DNA of 64,000 nt, taken from positions 1-64,000 of the forward strand of contig CAXHJY010001043.1 in NCBI GenBank assembly GCA_964016885.1, read 5' to 3'. Shown here piece after piece: positions 41,301 through 52,216 of this stretch. Both the position numbers and the translations under genes were made by a program. Numbering within the stretch: the first letter of the stretch is position 1; every line of letters starts with the position of its first letter. The notes under the pieces were generated by a model, which was not told the DNA's origin, ran no database searches, and worked only from the letters and a program-made list of their open reading frames with translations. The DNA comes from Eledone cirrhosa. Taxonomy: Eukaryota.

Positions 41301-44300
41301 GTCTATATTACATGCTAGCATGGGTTAGACAGGTTGTCATGTGAGGTAAGTCAGGTCTATATTACATGCTAGCATCGATTAGACAGGTTGTCATTTGAGG
41401 TAAATCAGGTCTATATTACGTGCTAGCACGGGTTAGACAGGTTGTCATGTGAGGCAAGTCAGGTCTATATTACATGCCAGCATGGATTAGACAGGTTGTC
41501 ATGTGAGGTAAGTCAGGTCTATATTACGTGCTAGCATGAGTCAGACAGGTTGTCATGTGAGGTAAATCAGGTCTATATTACATGCTAGCATGGATTAGAC
41601 AGGTTGTCATGTGAGGCAAGTCAGGTCTATATTCCATGCTAGCATGGATTAGACAGGTTGTCATGTGAGGCAAGTCAGGTCTATATTACATGCTAGCATG
41701 GGTTAGGCAGGTTGTCATGTGAGGCAAGTCAGGTCTATATTCCATGCTAGCATGGGTTAGACAGGTTGTCATGTGAGGTAAGTCAGGTCTATATTACATG
41801 CTAGCATGGGTTAGACAGGTTGTCATGTGAGGTAAGTCAGGTCTATATTACATGCTAGCATGGATTAGACAGGTTGTCATGTGAGGCAAGTCAGGTCTAT
41901 ATTACATGCTAGCATGGATTAGACAGGTTGTCATGTGAGGCAAGTCAGGTCTATATTACATGCTAGCATGGGTTAGACAGGTTGTCATGTGAGGCAAGTC
42001 AGGTCTATATTACATGCTAGCATGGATTAGACAGGTTGTCATGTGAGGCAAGTCAGGTTTATATTACATGCTAACATGGATTAGACAGGTTGTCATGTGA
42101 GATAAGTCAGGTATATATTACATGCTAGCATGGGTTAGACAAGTTGTCATGTGAGGCAAGTCAGGTCTATATTACATGCTAGCATGGATTAGACAGGTTG
42201 TCATGTGAGGCAAGTCAGGTCTATATTCCATGCTAGCATGGATTAGACAGGTTGTCATGTGAGATAAGTCAGGTCTATATTACATGCTAGCATGGGTTAG
42301 ACAGGTTTTCATGTGAGATAAGTCAGGTCTATATTACATGCTAGCATGGGTTAGACAAGTTGTCATGTGAGGCAAGTCAGGTCTACATGCTAGCATGGAT
42401 TAGACAGGTTGTCATGTGAGGCAAGTCAGGTCTATATTACATGCTAGCATGGATTAGACAAGTTGTCATGTGAGGTAAGTCAGGTCTATATTCCATGCTA
42501 GCATGGATTAGAGAGGTTGTCATGTGAGGTAAGTCAGGTATATATTACATGCTAGCATGGATTAGACAGGTTGTCATGTGAGGTAAGTCAGGTCTATATT
42601 ACATGCTAGCATGGGTTAGACAGGTTGTCATGTGACGTAAGTCAGGTCTATATTACATGCTAGCATGGGTTAGACAGGTTGTCATGTGAGGCAAGTCAGG
42701 TCTATATTCCATGCTAGCATGGGTTAGACAGGTTGTCATGTGAGGCAAGTCAGGTCTATATTCCATGCTAGCATGGGTTAGACAGGTTGTCATGTGAGGC
42801 AAGTCAGGTCTATATTACATGCTAGCATGGGTTAGACAGGTTGTCATGTGAGGTAAGTCAGGTCTATATTACGTGCAAGCATGGGTCAGACAGGTTGTCA
42901 TGTGAGGTAAATCAGGTCTATATTACATGCTAGCATGGATTAGACAGGTTGTCATGTGAGGCAAGTCAGGTCTATATTACGTGCTAGCATGGGTTAGACA
43001 GGTTGTCATGTGAGGCAAGTGAGGTCTATATTCCATGCTAGCATGGATTAGACAGGTTGTCATGTGAGGTAAGGCAGGTCTATATTCCATGCTAGCATGG
43101 GTTAGACAGGTTGTCATGTGAGGTAAGTCAGGTCTATATTACATGCTAGCATGGATTAGACAGGTTGTCATGTGAGGCAAGTCAGGTCTATATTATGTGC
43201 TAGCATGGATTAGACAGGTTGTCATGTGAGGCAAGTCAGGTCTATAATACGTGCTAGCATGGATTAGACAGGTTGTCATGTGAGGCAAGTCAGGTCTATA
43301 TTACATGCTAGCATGGGTTAGACAGGTTTTCATGTGAGGTAAGTCAGGTCTATATTACGTGCTAGCATGGATTAGACAGGTTGTCATGTGAGGTAAGTCT
43401 GGTCTATATTACGTGCTAGCATGGGTCAGACATGTTGTCATGTGAGGTAAATCAGGTCTATATTACATGCTAGCATGGATTAGACAGGTTGTCATGTGAG
43501 GCAAGTCAGGTCTATATTACGTGCTAGCATGGGTTAGACAGGTTGTCATGTGAGGCAAGTCAGATCTATATTCCATGCTAGCATGGATTAGACAGGTTGT
43601 CATGTGAGGCAAGTCAGGTCTATATTACATGCTAGCATGGGTTAGACAGGTTGTCATGTGAGGCAAGTCAGGTCTATATTCCATGCTAGCATGGATTAGG
43701 CAGGTTGTCATGTGAGGTAAGTCAGGTCTATATTCAAAGCTAGCATGGGTTAGACAGGTTGTCATGTGAGGTAAGTCAGGTCGATATTACATGCTAGCAT
43801 GGATTAGACAGGTTGTCATGTGAGGCAAGTCAGGTCTATATTACATGCTAGCATGGATTAGACAGGTTGTCATGTGAGGCAAGTCAGGTCTATATTACAT
43901 GCTAGCATGGGTTAGACAGGTTGTCATGTGAAGCAAGTCAGGTCTATATTACATGCTAGCATGGATTAGACAGGTTGTCATGTGAGGCAAGTCAGGTCTA
44001 TATTCCATGCTAGCATGGGTTAGAGAAGTTGTCATGTGAGGCAAGTCAGGTCTACATTACATGCTAGCATGGATTAGACAGGTTGTCATGTGAGATAAGT
44101 CAAGTCTATATTACATGCTAGAATGGGTTAGACAAGTTGTCATGTGAGGAAAGTCAGGTCTATATTACATGCTAGCATGGATTAGACAGGTTGTCATGTG
44201 AGGTAAATCAGGTCTATATTACATGCTAGCATGGATTAGACAGGTTGTCATGTGAGGTAAGTCAGGTCTATATTACATGCTAGCATGAATTAGACAGGTT

Positions 44301-47300
44301 GTCATGTGAGGCAAGTCAGGTCTATATTACATGCTAGCATGGGTTAGACAAGTTGTCATGTGAGGCAAGTCAGGTCTATATTACATGCTAGCATGAATTA
44401 GACAGGTTGTCATGTGAGGCAAGTCAGGTCTATATTACATGCTAGCATGGATTAGACAGGTTGTCATGTGAGATAAGTCAGGTCTATATTACATGCTAGC
44501 ATGGATTAGACAAGTTGTCATGTGAGGCAAGTCAGGTCTATATTACATGCTAGCATGGGTTAGACAAGTTGTCATGTGAGGCAAGTCAGGTCTATATTAC
44601 ATGCTAGCATGGATTAGACAGGTTGTCACGTGAGGCAAGTCAGGTCTATATTACATGCTAGCATGGATTAGACAAGTTGTCATGTGAGGTAAGTCAGGTC
44701 TATATTCCATGCTAGCATGGGTTAGACAGGTTGTCATGTGAGGTAAGTCAGGTCTATATTCCATGCTAGCATGGGTTAGACAGGTTGTCATGTGAGGTAA
44801 GTCAGGTCTATATTACATGCTAGCATGGGTTAGACAGGTTGTCATGTGAGGTAAGTCAGGTCTATATTACATGCTAGCATGGATTAGACAGGTCGTCATG
44901 TGAGGCAAGTCAGGTCTATATTACATGCTAGCATGGATTAGACAGGTTGTCATGTGAGGTAAGTCAGGTCTATATTACATGCTAGCATGGATTAGACAGG
45001 TTGTCATGTGAGGCAAGTCAGGTCTATATTACGTGCTAGCATGGGTTAGACAGGTTGTCATGTGAGGTAAATCAGGTCTATATTACATGCTAGCATGGGT
45101 TAGACAGGTTATCATGTGAGGTAAATCAGGTCTATATTACATGCTAGCATGGGTTAGACAGGTTGTCATGTGAGGCAAGTCAGGTCTATATTACATGCTA
45201 GCATGGATTAGACAGGTTGTCATGTGAGGCAAGTCAGGTCTATATTACATGCTAGCATGGATTAGACAGGTTGTCATGTGAGGCAAGTCAGGTCTATATT
45301 ACATGCTAGCATGGGTTAGACAGGTTGTCATGTGAGGCAAGTCAGGTCTATATTACATGCTAGCATGGATTAGACAGGTTGTCATGTGAGGCAAGTCAGG
45401 TCTATATTACATGCTAGCATGGATTAGACAGGTTGTCATGTGAGGCAAGTCAGGTCTATATTACATGCTAGCATGGGTTAGAAAGGTTGTCATGTGAGGC
45501 AAGTCAGGTCTATATTACATGCTAGCATGGATTAGACAGGTTGTCATGTGAGGTAAGTCAGGTCTATATTACATGCTAGCATGGATTAGACAGGTTGTCA
45601 TGTGAGGTAAGTCAGGTCTATATTACATGCTAGCATGGGTTAGACAGGTTGTCATGTGAGGCAAGTCAGGTCTATATTACATGCTAGCATGGGTTAGACA
45701 AGTTGTCATGTGAGGTAAGTCAGGTCTATATTACATGCTAGCATGGGTTAGACAGGTTGTCATGTGAGATAAGTCAGGTCTATATTACATGCTAGCATGG
45801 ATTAGACAGGTTGTCATGTGAGGTAAATCAGGTCTATATTACATGCTAGCATGGATTAGACAGGTTGTCATGTGAGGTAAGTCAGGTCTATATTACATGC
45901 TAGCATGGATTAGACAGGTTGTCATGTGAGGTAAGTCAGGTCTATATTCCATGCTAGCATGGATTAGACAGGTTGTCATGTGAGGTAAGTCAGGTCTATA
46001 TTACATGCTAGCATGGATTAGACAGGTTGTCATGTGAGGTAAGTCAGGTCTATATTACATGCTAGCATGGATTAGACAGGTTGTCATGTGAGGTAAGTCA
46101 GGTCTATATTCCATGCTAGCATGGATTAGACAGGTTGTCATGTGAGGTAAGTCAGGTCTATATTCCATGCTAGCATGGATTAGACAGGTTGTCATGTGAG
46201 GTAAGTCAGGTCTATATTACATGCTAGCATGGATTAGACAGGTTGTCATGTGAGGTAAGTCAGGTCTATATTACATGCTAGCATGGATTAGACAGGTTGT
46301 CATGTGAGGTAAGTCAGGTCTATATTACATGCTAGCATGGATTAGACAGGTTGTCATGTGAGGTAAGTCAGGTCTATATTACATGCTAGCATGGATTAGA
46401 CAGGTTGTCATGTGAGGTAAATCAGGTCTATATTACATGCTAGCATGGATTAGACAGGTTGTCATGTGAGGTAAGTCAGGTCTATATTACATGCTAGCAT
46501 GGATTAGACAGATTGTCATGTGAGGTAAATCAGGTCTATATTACATGCTAGCATGGATTAGACAGGTTGTCATGTGAGGTAAGTCAGGTCTATATTACAT
46601 GCTAGCATGGATTAGACAGGTTGTCATGTGAGGTAAGTCAGGTCTATATTCCATGCTAGCATGGATTAGACAGGTTGTCATGTGAGGTAAGTCAGGTCTA
46701 TATTACATGCTAGCATGGATTAGACAAGTTGTCATGTGAGGTAAGTCAGGTCTATATTCCATGCTAGCATGGATTAGACAGGTTGTCATGTGAGGTAAGT
46801 CAGGTCTATATTCCATGCTAGCATGGATTAGACAGGTTGTCATGTGAGGTAAGTCAGGTCTATATTACATGCTAGCATGGATTAGACAGGTTGTCATGTG
46901 AGGTAAGTCAGGTCTATATTACATGCTAGCATGGATTAGACAGGTTGTCATGTGAGGTAAGTCAGGTCTATATTCCATGCTTGCATGGATTAGACAGGTT
47001 GTCATGTGAGGTAAGTCAGGTCTATATTACATGCTAGCACGGATTAGACAGGTTCTCATGTGAGGCAAGTCAGGTCTATATTATGTGCTAGCATGGATTA
47101 GACAGGTTGTCATGTGAGGCAAGTCAGGTCTATATTACATGCTAGCATGGATTAGACAGGTTCTCATGTGAGGCAAGTCAGGTCTATATTACATGCTAGC
47201 ATGGATTAGACAGGTTGTCATGTGAGGTAAGTCAGGTCTATATTACATGCTTGCATGGATTAGACAGGTTGTCATGTGAGGTAAGTCAGGTCTATATTAC

Positions 47301-47520
47301 ATGCTAGCATGGATTAGACAGGTTCTCATGTGAGGCAAGTCAGGTCTATATTACATGCTAGCATGGATTAGACAGGTTGTCATGTGAGGCAAGTCAGGTC
47401 AGGTGACCACGTCTTGCTCATACATATCTGAATATTGGCTTGATTCCTACAGCTGGATGCTCTTCCTAATGCCAACCACATTAGTGTAGACTGGGTGCTT
47501 TTTTATCGTGGCACCAAAAC
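35387..47520 (-). mobile_element. Single RTE-partner SINE copy split by the satellite (tail at 35387-35475, body at 47400-47520)
   Basis: Left flank (cat)n-caacgttt...ccatgc; right flank gtcttgctcat...ggcttgattcctacagctggatgctcttcctaatgccaacc, collinear with the reverse complement of 54770-54937. Confidence 0.85.
35475..47400. repeat. 54-bp-unit tandem satellite, ~220 copies, SINE-derived
   Basis: Unit catgctagcatgg(g/a)ttagaca(g/a)gttgtcatgtgagg(t/c)aagtcaggtctatatt(a/c); 18-aa periodicity in the ORF track. Confidence 0.99.
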
Positions 47521-48171
47521 AACCATCTAACAGGGTGGAATGGGTGCTTATATTATCACTGGAGTAGCTTATGAGGCTGTATACCCATATTTTATTAAAT
47601 GTATCATTTCAAGTTTTTCTTCCAATGTTTTTCCACAACTAAACACTAAAATGTTGCAGTTCCAAAATATTTATAATTATTTGTAAAATTTTGTTGAGCT
47701 AGCTGCTTTGGGAATTACACTCGAGTAAGATGTACTCTGTCAAGTTCCTGTGTGTATTATTGTCTGTGAAGACTCAAAGGTTTGTTTTCAATAATGATAA
47801 TTTTACAAAGTCATTCAGAAGCCTTGATAGATGCATTTTAGCCTAGAACAACAACAAACATTTTAGATCAATTTTCCTGCTACATTAAGGGTTAGACTAG
47901 TCGGACTCACAACATGTTTCATTGTGATCATGGGGTCCATTTTGGGATGAATGTTTAATAGCTGGATTTCCTTCCTAACCCAACTCAGGGATATTCTGAA
48001 CTAGATACATGTAACAAAGATGTATCTTACTCTAGGTGGATACAAAATTGTGTTTGTACAGTTCGGCTGATTTTTAATCTAAAACCTTGAGATCAACTGC
48101 CTTGTTCTTTGGCTATATCTCCCCAAATTCAGTATCTTATAATTAAGATAGAAATGAATATTATCACAAAC

Positions 48172-48321
48172 CTTTGATGTTAAATCCCGATGGAAAACTC
48201 CTCTTGTGTGAAAATAACGCATTCCATTAGAAATGTCGAGCGCTAGATTTATACGGGTTTTCCATGGCAGTTCTATTTCTTTGTCAGCCAACACTTGGTA
48301 TAGAGCTCCTCCATTTATGTA
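48172..48321 (-). CDS. TESK: TESK-like kinase exon (YINGGALYQVL...GVFHRDLTSK)
   Basis: 150 nt, ttgcag/gtttgt boundaries; HRDLTSK(N) catalytic loop is diagnostic of TESK (LIMK has DLNSHN). Confidence 0.96.
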
Positions 48322-48388
48322 CTGCAAATAAAAAATAATAACATATACTGTATATATCATCATCATCTTTTAATGATATATATATATA

Positions 48389-48920
48389 TTGTCAACTCTT
48401 ATTAAATGGTCAGTCGACTTCTACGAAAATGTAATGTATAATATAACATTTTCTTCTTGTCTCCTAAACCCTCGGTTCATTCATCCATATATCTACAACC
48501 GTTGCTATCCTATAATTCTGTCTCACTGTTCTAAATAATCTTCTCTTTGCTAAACTCTGTCTCACTCCACGCTTGTTCTAAATAATCTTCACTTTGCTAC
48601 CATTTTGGCCGAAAATTTTTTCCAGGATTCATAAAAATAGATTCTCTCGCTCCTCAAAATCGCTATTACCCCCCACTCTCTCTAACATATACGTCCCTCT
48701 CTCTCTCTCACTCCCTAATATAAATAAGAATGTTACGAAGGACAAAACTCAGAATTTGTCAACTCTTATTAAATGGTCAGTCGACTTCTACGAAAATGTA
48801 ATGTATAATATAACATTTTCTTCTTGTCTCCTAAACCCTCGGTTCATTCATCCATATATCTACAATCGTTGCTATCCTATAATTCTGTCTCACTGTTCTA
48901 AATAATCTCCTCTTTGCTAA
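48389..48920. repeat. 165-bp direct repeat pair (48389-48553, 48756-48920)
   Basis: Near-identical copies 367 bp apart, starting at a (TA)n edge. Confidence 0.9.
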
Positions 48921-48999
48921 CTAGTCCATCCCCCTCCCTCCCGCCCCCACTCTCCACATTATTTGGACCAATCACAAGTCAACGGCCTATGCTATCACT

Positions 49000-51999
49000 T
49001 CTGGCTGCTTTTCGATATGATGGATGGACTAAGGAATTTCTGGATAGTCTGAAGAATCTGGACACTCGACAATGCCAAAGATAACGACAAATTCACCTCA
49101 TGTTGCCGGACGAAAGGGCAAGGCCCCCTCTTCTTTGTTTCGGCCGCGGATGGCCAACATAAACCCCCCCCCCCCCCCCCTGCGCCCCATCCTCCAAACA
49201 CAATCCAAAACTTCAGAGTTGGTACCATGAATGTAGGCACCTTAAAAGGCCGCTCTAACGAGGTTGTAGAAATGCTTGAACGTAAGGAGGTTGATGTTTG
49301 CTGTATCCAACAGACCAGGTGGAGGGGCGGGTCTGCTAGATTCATTGTGGGTAAAAAACGTTGCTATAAGCTTTTCTGGGTGGGAAATGACAATGGGATA
49401 GGTGGGGTAGGAATCATGTTAGCAGAAAAATGGGTGGATAAGATAATAGATGTAAATAGAGTGAATGACAGAATAATTAAATTAAGACTTGTTCTAAACA
49501 GAACTACTGTGACAGTAATATCTGCATACGCGCCCCAATCCGGACTGCCTGGCGCTATAGAAGACAGATTCTATGAGACACTGATGCTCACTACCTCCCA
49601 AATAACCGACAGTGACTATATAATTATTGCTGGCGACCTAAATGGCCATGTTGGACAACATTGTGATGGTTATGATGGAATCCACGGAGGCTATGGGTTT
49701 GGTACTAGAAACGAGGAAGGCTCCAGAATCCTGGAATTCTGTGATGCAAATAACCTAACTATCTGTAACACTAACTTCAAAAAACGAGACAATCACTTGA
49801 TCACCTACAGATCAGGGGAACATACCAGCCAGGTAGATTATATCCTTACCAGAAGACGTGACAGAGTGTCTGTTGTAAACACTAAATCTCTGTGGCTGGA
49901 GCAGGCCTGTAGGCAGGAAGAGAGTAACATGGTGGTGGAACAGTAAGGTGGAGGAGTCAATTAAGGCCAAAAAGCAGGCTTGGAAAGTATGGTGGGATGG
50001 GGGAAGTAGAGAAGACTATCAAGTGGCCAGGAGGGAAGCTAGGAGACAAGTGTACTTCGCAAGAAGGGAAGCAGAGGAAAGAAAGTTCAAGCATGTTCTA
50101 CAACGCGAGGACCAAAAACGTGAGGTGTTCAGGATTGCTAGGCAATGTGTCAAGGAAAACCGTGATATTGTCGGGGAGAAGTGTGTACTTAATGATGATG
50201 GCGTACTTGCCATCACTGACGCTGATAAGAAAGTAGCTTGGAAGTGTCACTACGAAAGGCTACTAAATGAGGAGAGAGAATAAATGGGAGAAAGACAGTC
50301 TCCCCCACATTGACCCAATAGAGGGACCAGCAGTGTTAGTCGAAGGTAGTATAATAAGTAATGTAATCAAAGATATGAAGACGGGTAAGGCGGCTGGGCC
50401 TTCAGAAATAGTTGCTGAGATGCTGAAAGCCTCTGGAACGGTGGGACACACCATGGTCACCCGGATAATTAACCAAGTCATACAGAATGGGGTTGTTCCG
50501 AAGGACTGGCATAGCAGCATCATCGTTAACTGTTACAAGGGTAAAGGAGATGCCCTAGATAGGAGTAACTATAGAGGCATTAAATTAATCGACCAGGTCA
50601 TGAAGGTCACGGAAAAAGTAATAGCGCAACTAATCAGAGAGAGAATTGATCTAGATGAAATGCAGTTCGGGTTTGTGTCAGGTAAAAGTACCACAGACGC
50701 TTTTTTCATTGTACGACAACTACAGGAGAAGTACCTAGCTAAAAGTAAACCCCGATACTTAGCTTTTGTCAACTTGGAGAAAGCCTTCGACAGAGTCCCC
50801 CGTTCCATTATCTGGTGGGCTCTTAGAAAACTAGGTGTTGATGAATGGCTTGTGAGAGCTATACAAGCCATGTATAAAGAAACAGTCAGCAAGGTTAGAA
50901 TTAACAACGAATATAGTGAAGAGTTTAGCGTAAAAGTTGGAGTTCATCTGGGCTCTGTTCTTAGCCCCCTACTATTTATTATTGCCTTTCAGGCTATAAT
51001 AGTGGAGTTCAAGACTGTCTGCCCATGGGAACTCCTATACGCAGATGATCTAACGCTCATAGCTGAATCAATGGCTGAGCTAGAGAAGAAATCCCAAACA
51101 TGGAAGCACGGCCTAGAATCAAAAGGCCTTAAAATTAACCTGGCTAAGACTAAAGTTCTAGTTTGTAGGAAAGAAAATAAGGCGGCGGTCCCTTCTGGGA
51201 AATGGCCATGCTCAGTGTGTAGGAAAGGCGTAGGTAGAAACTCCATTTTATGTCCTAAATGCAAAGTATGGGTGCATAAAAGATGTAGTGGGATCACAGG
51301 TAAGCTAACTAAGAACATAGATTTTACATGTGGCCGGTGCTCTGGTGCAATTAGTAGCAGCAAGTGCCCACAAAATACTAGCTCTTTCAATTGCGCAGAG
51401 GGTTCTATAGAAATAGTGGACAGCTTCCGTTACCTGGGTGACAAAATCAGCAGTGGGGGAGGGTGCTCTGAAAGTACAGTAGCTAGAGTCAGAACTGGAT
51501 GGAAAAAGTTCAGAGAGCTTATACCACTATTAGCCGCTAAAGGGTTCTCCCTAAAAATGAAAGGCAGGCTGTATGATGCCTGCATACGAACAGCAATGTT
51601 GCATGGCAGTGAGACCTGGGCATTGTGTGCAGAGGATATATGCAGACTGGAGAGGAACGAAGCTTGCATGCTCCACTGGATGTGTAATAGTAATATACGT
51701 GAACGGCAAAGCATAAACGAAGTAAGGGAAAAATTAGAAATAAGAGGGATCAGATGTTGTTTACTCGAGAGAAGACTACGTTGGTATGGTCACGTGATGC
51801 GCATGAAAGACGACAGCTGTATAAAAAAGTGCAGGGCAATAAAGATAGACGGTAGCCACGGAGTAGGCAGACCCAGAAAAGACTGGGACGACCTGATAAA
51901 TTCCGACCTCACACACTTACACCTCTCCAAGACAATGTCACTGGACCGAGATCTTTGGCGGTACTCAGTAATAGAGAAGACCCGCTGATGATGATGATG
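49000..51999 (+). mobile_element. RTE-clade LINE, near full-length: APE endonuclease, RT and PHD-like finger; internal deletion; 3'UTR missing
   Basis: GTMNVGTL, SAYAPQ, GDLNGH, SQVDYIL (APE); ORF 50267..51988 RT with YADD; (TGA)n tail; 5' boundary uncertain. Confidence 0.96.
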
Positions 52000-52009
52000 A
52001 TATATATAT

Positions 52010-52161
52010 AGAAGATCCCGTTAAGGGTGAAAGCAGCGATTCTTTGCTTAAACTTTAATCTGTTATTTTAATAAATATTTGCTCTACGGTTCTTATATAT
52101 TTGATATATATTTATCCTTATCGAGCCCTCTTTGGATTTTAGTCTTCAAATTTATTATTAT

Positions 52162-52166
<5 letters not shown>
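52010..52166 (+). mobile_element. Short TA-embedded repeat (same family as 10572 and 57561)
   Basis: Shares both sub-blocks with 57547-57848. Confidence 0.8.

Positions 52167-52214
<48 letters not shown>

Positions 52215-52216
<2 letters not shown>

Noticed and set aside
35475-47400. Satellite as a CRISPR array or repeat-protein gene (PHMTTCLTHASMEYRPDL)
   Set aside because: Head-to-tail units with no unique spacers, no cas genes, eukaryotic intron context; most units contain TAA in that frame
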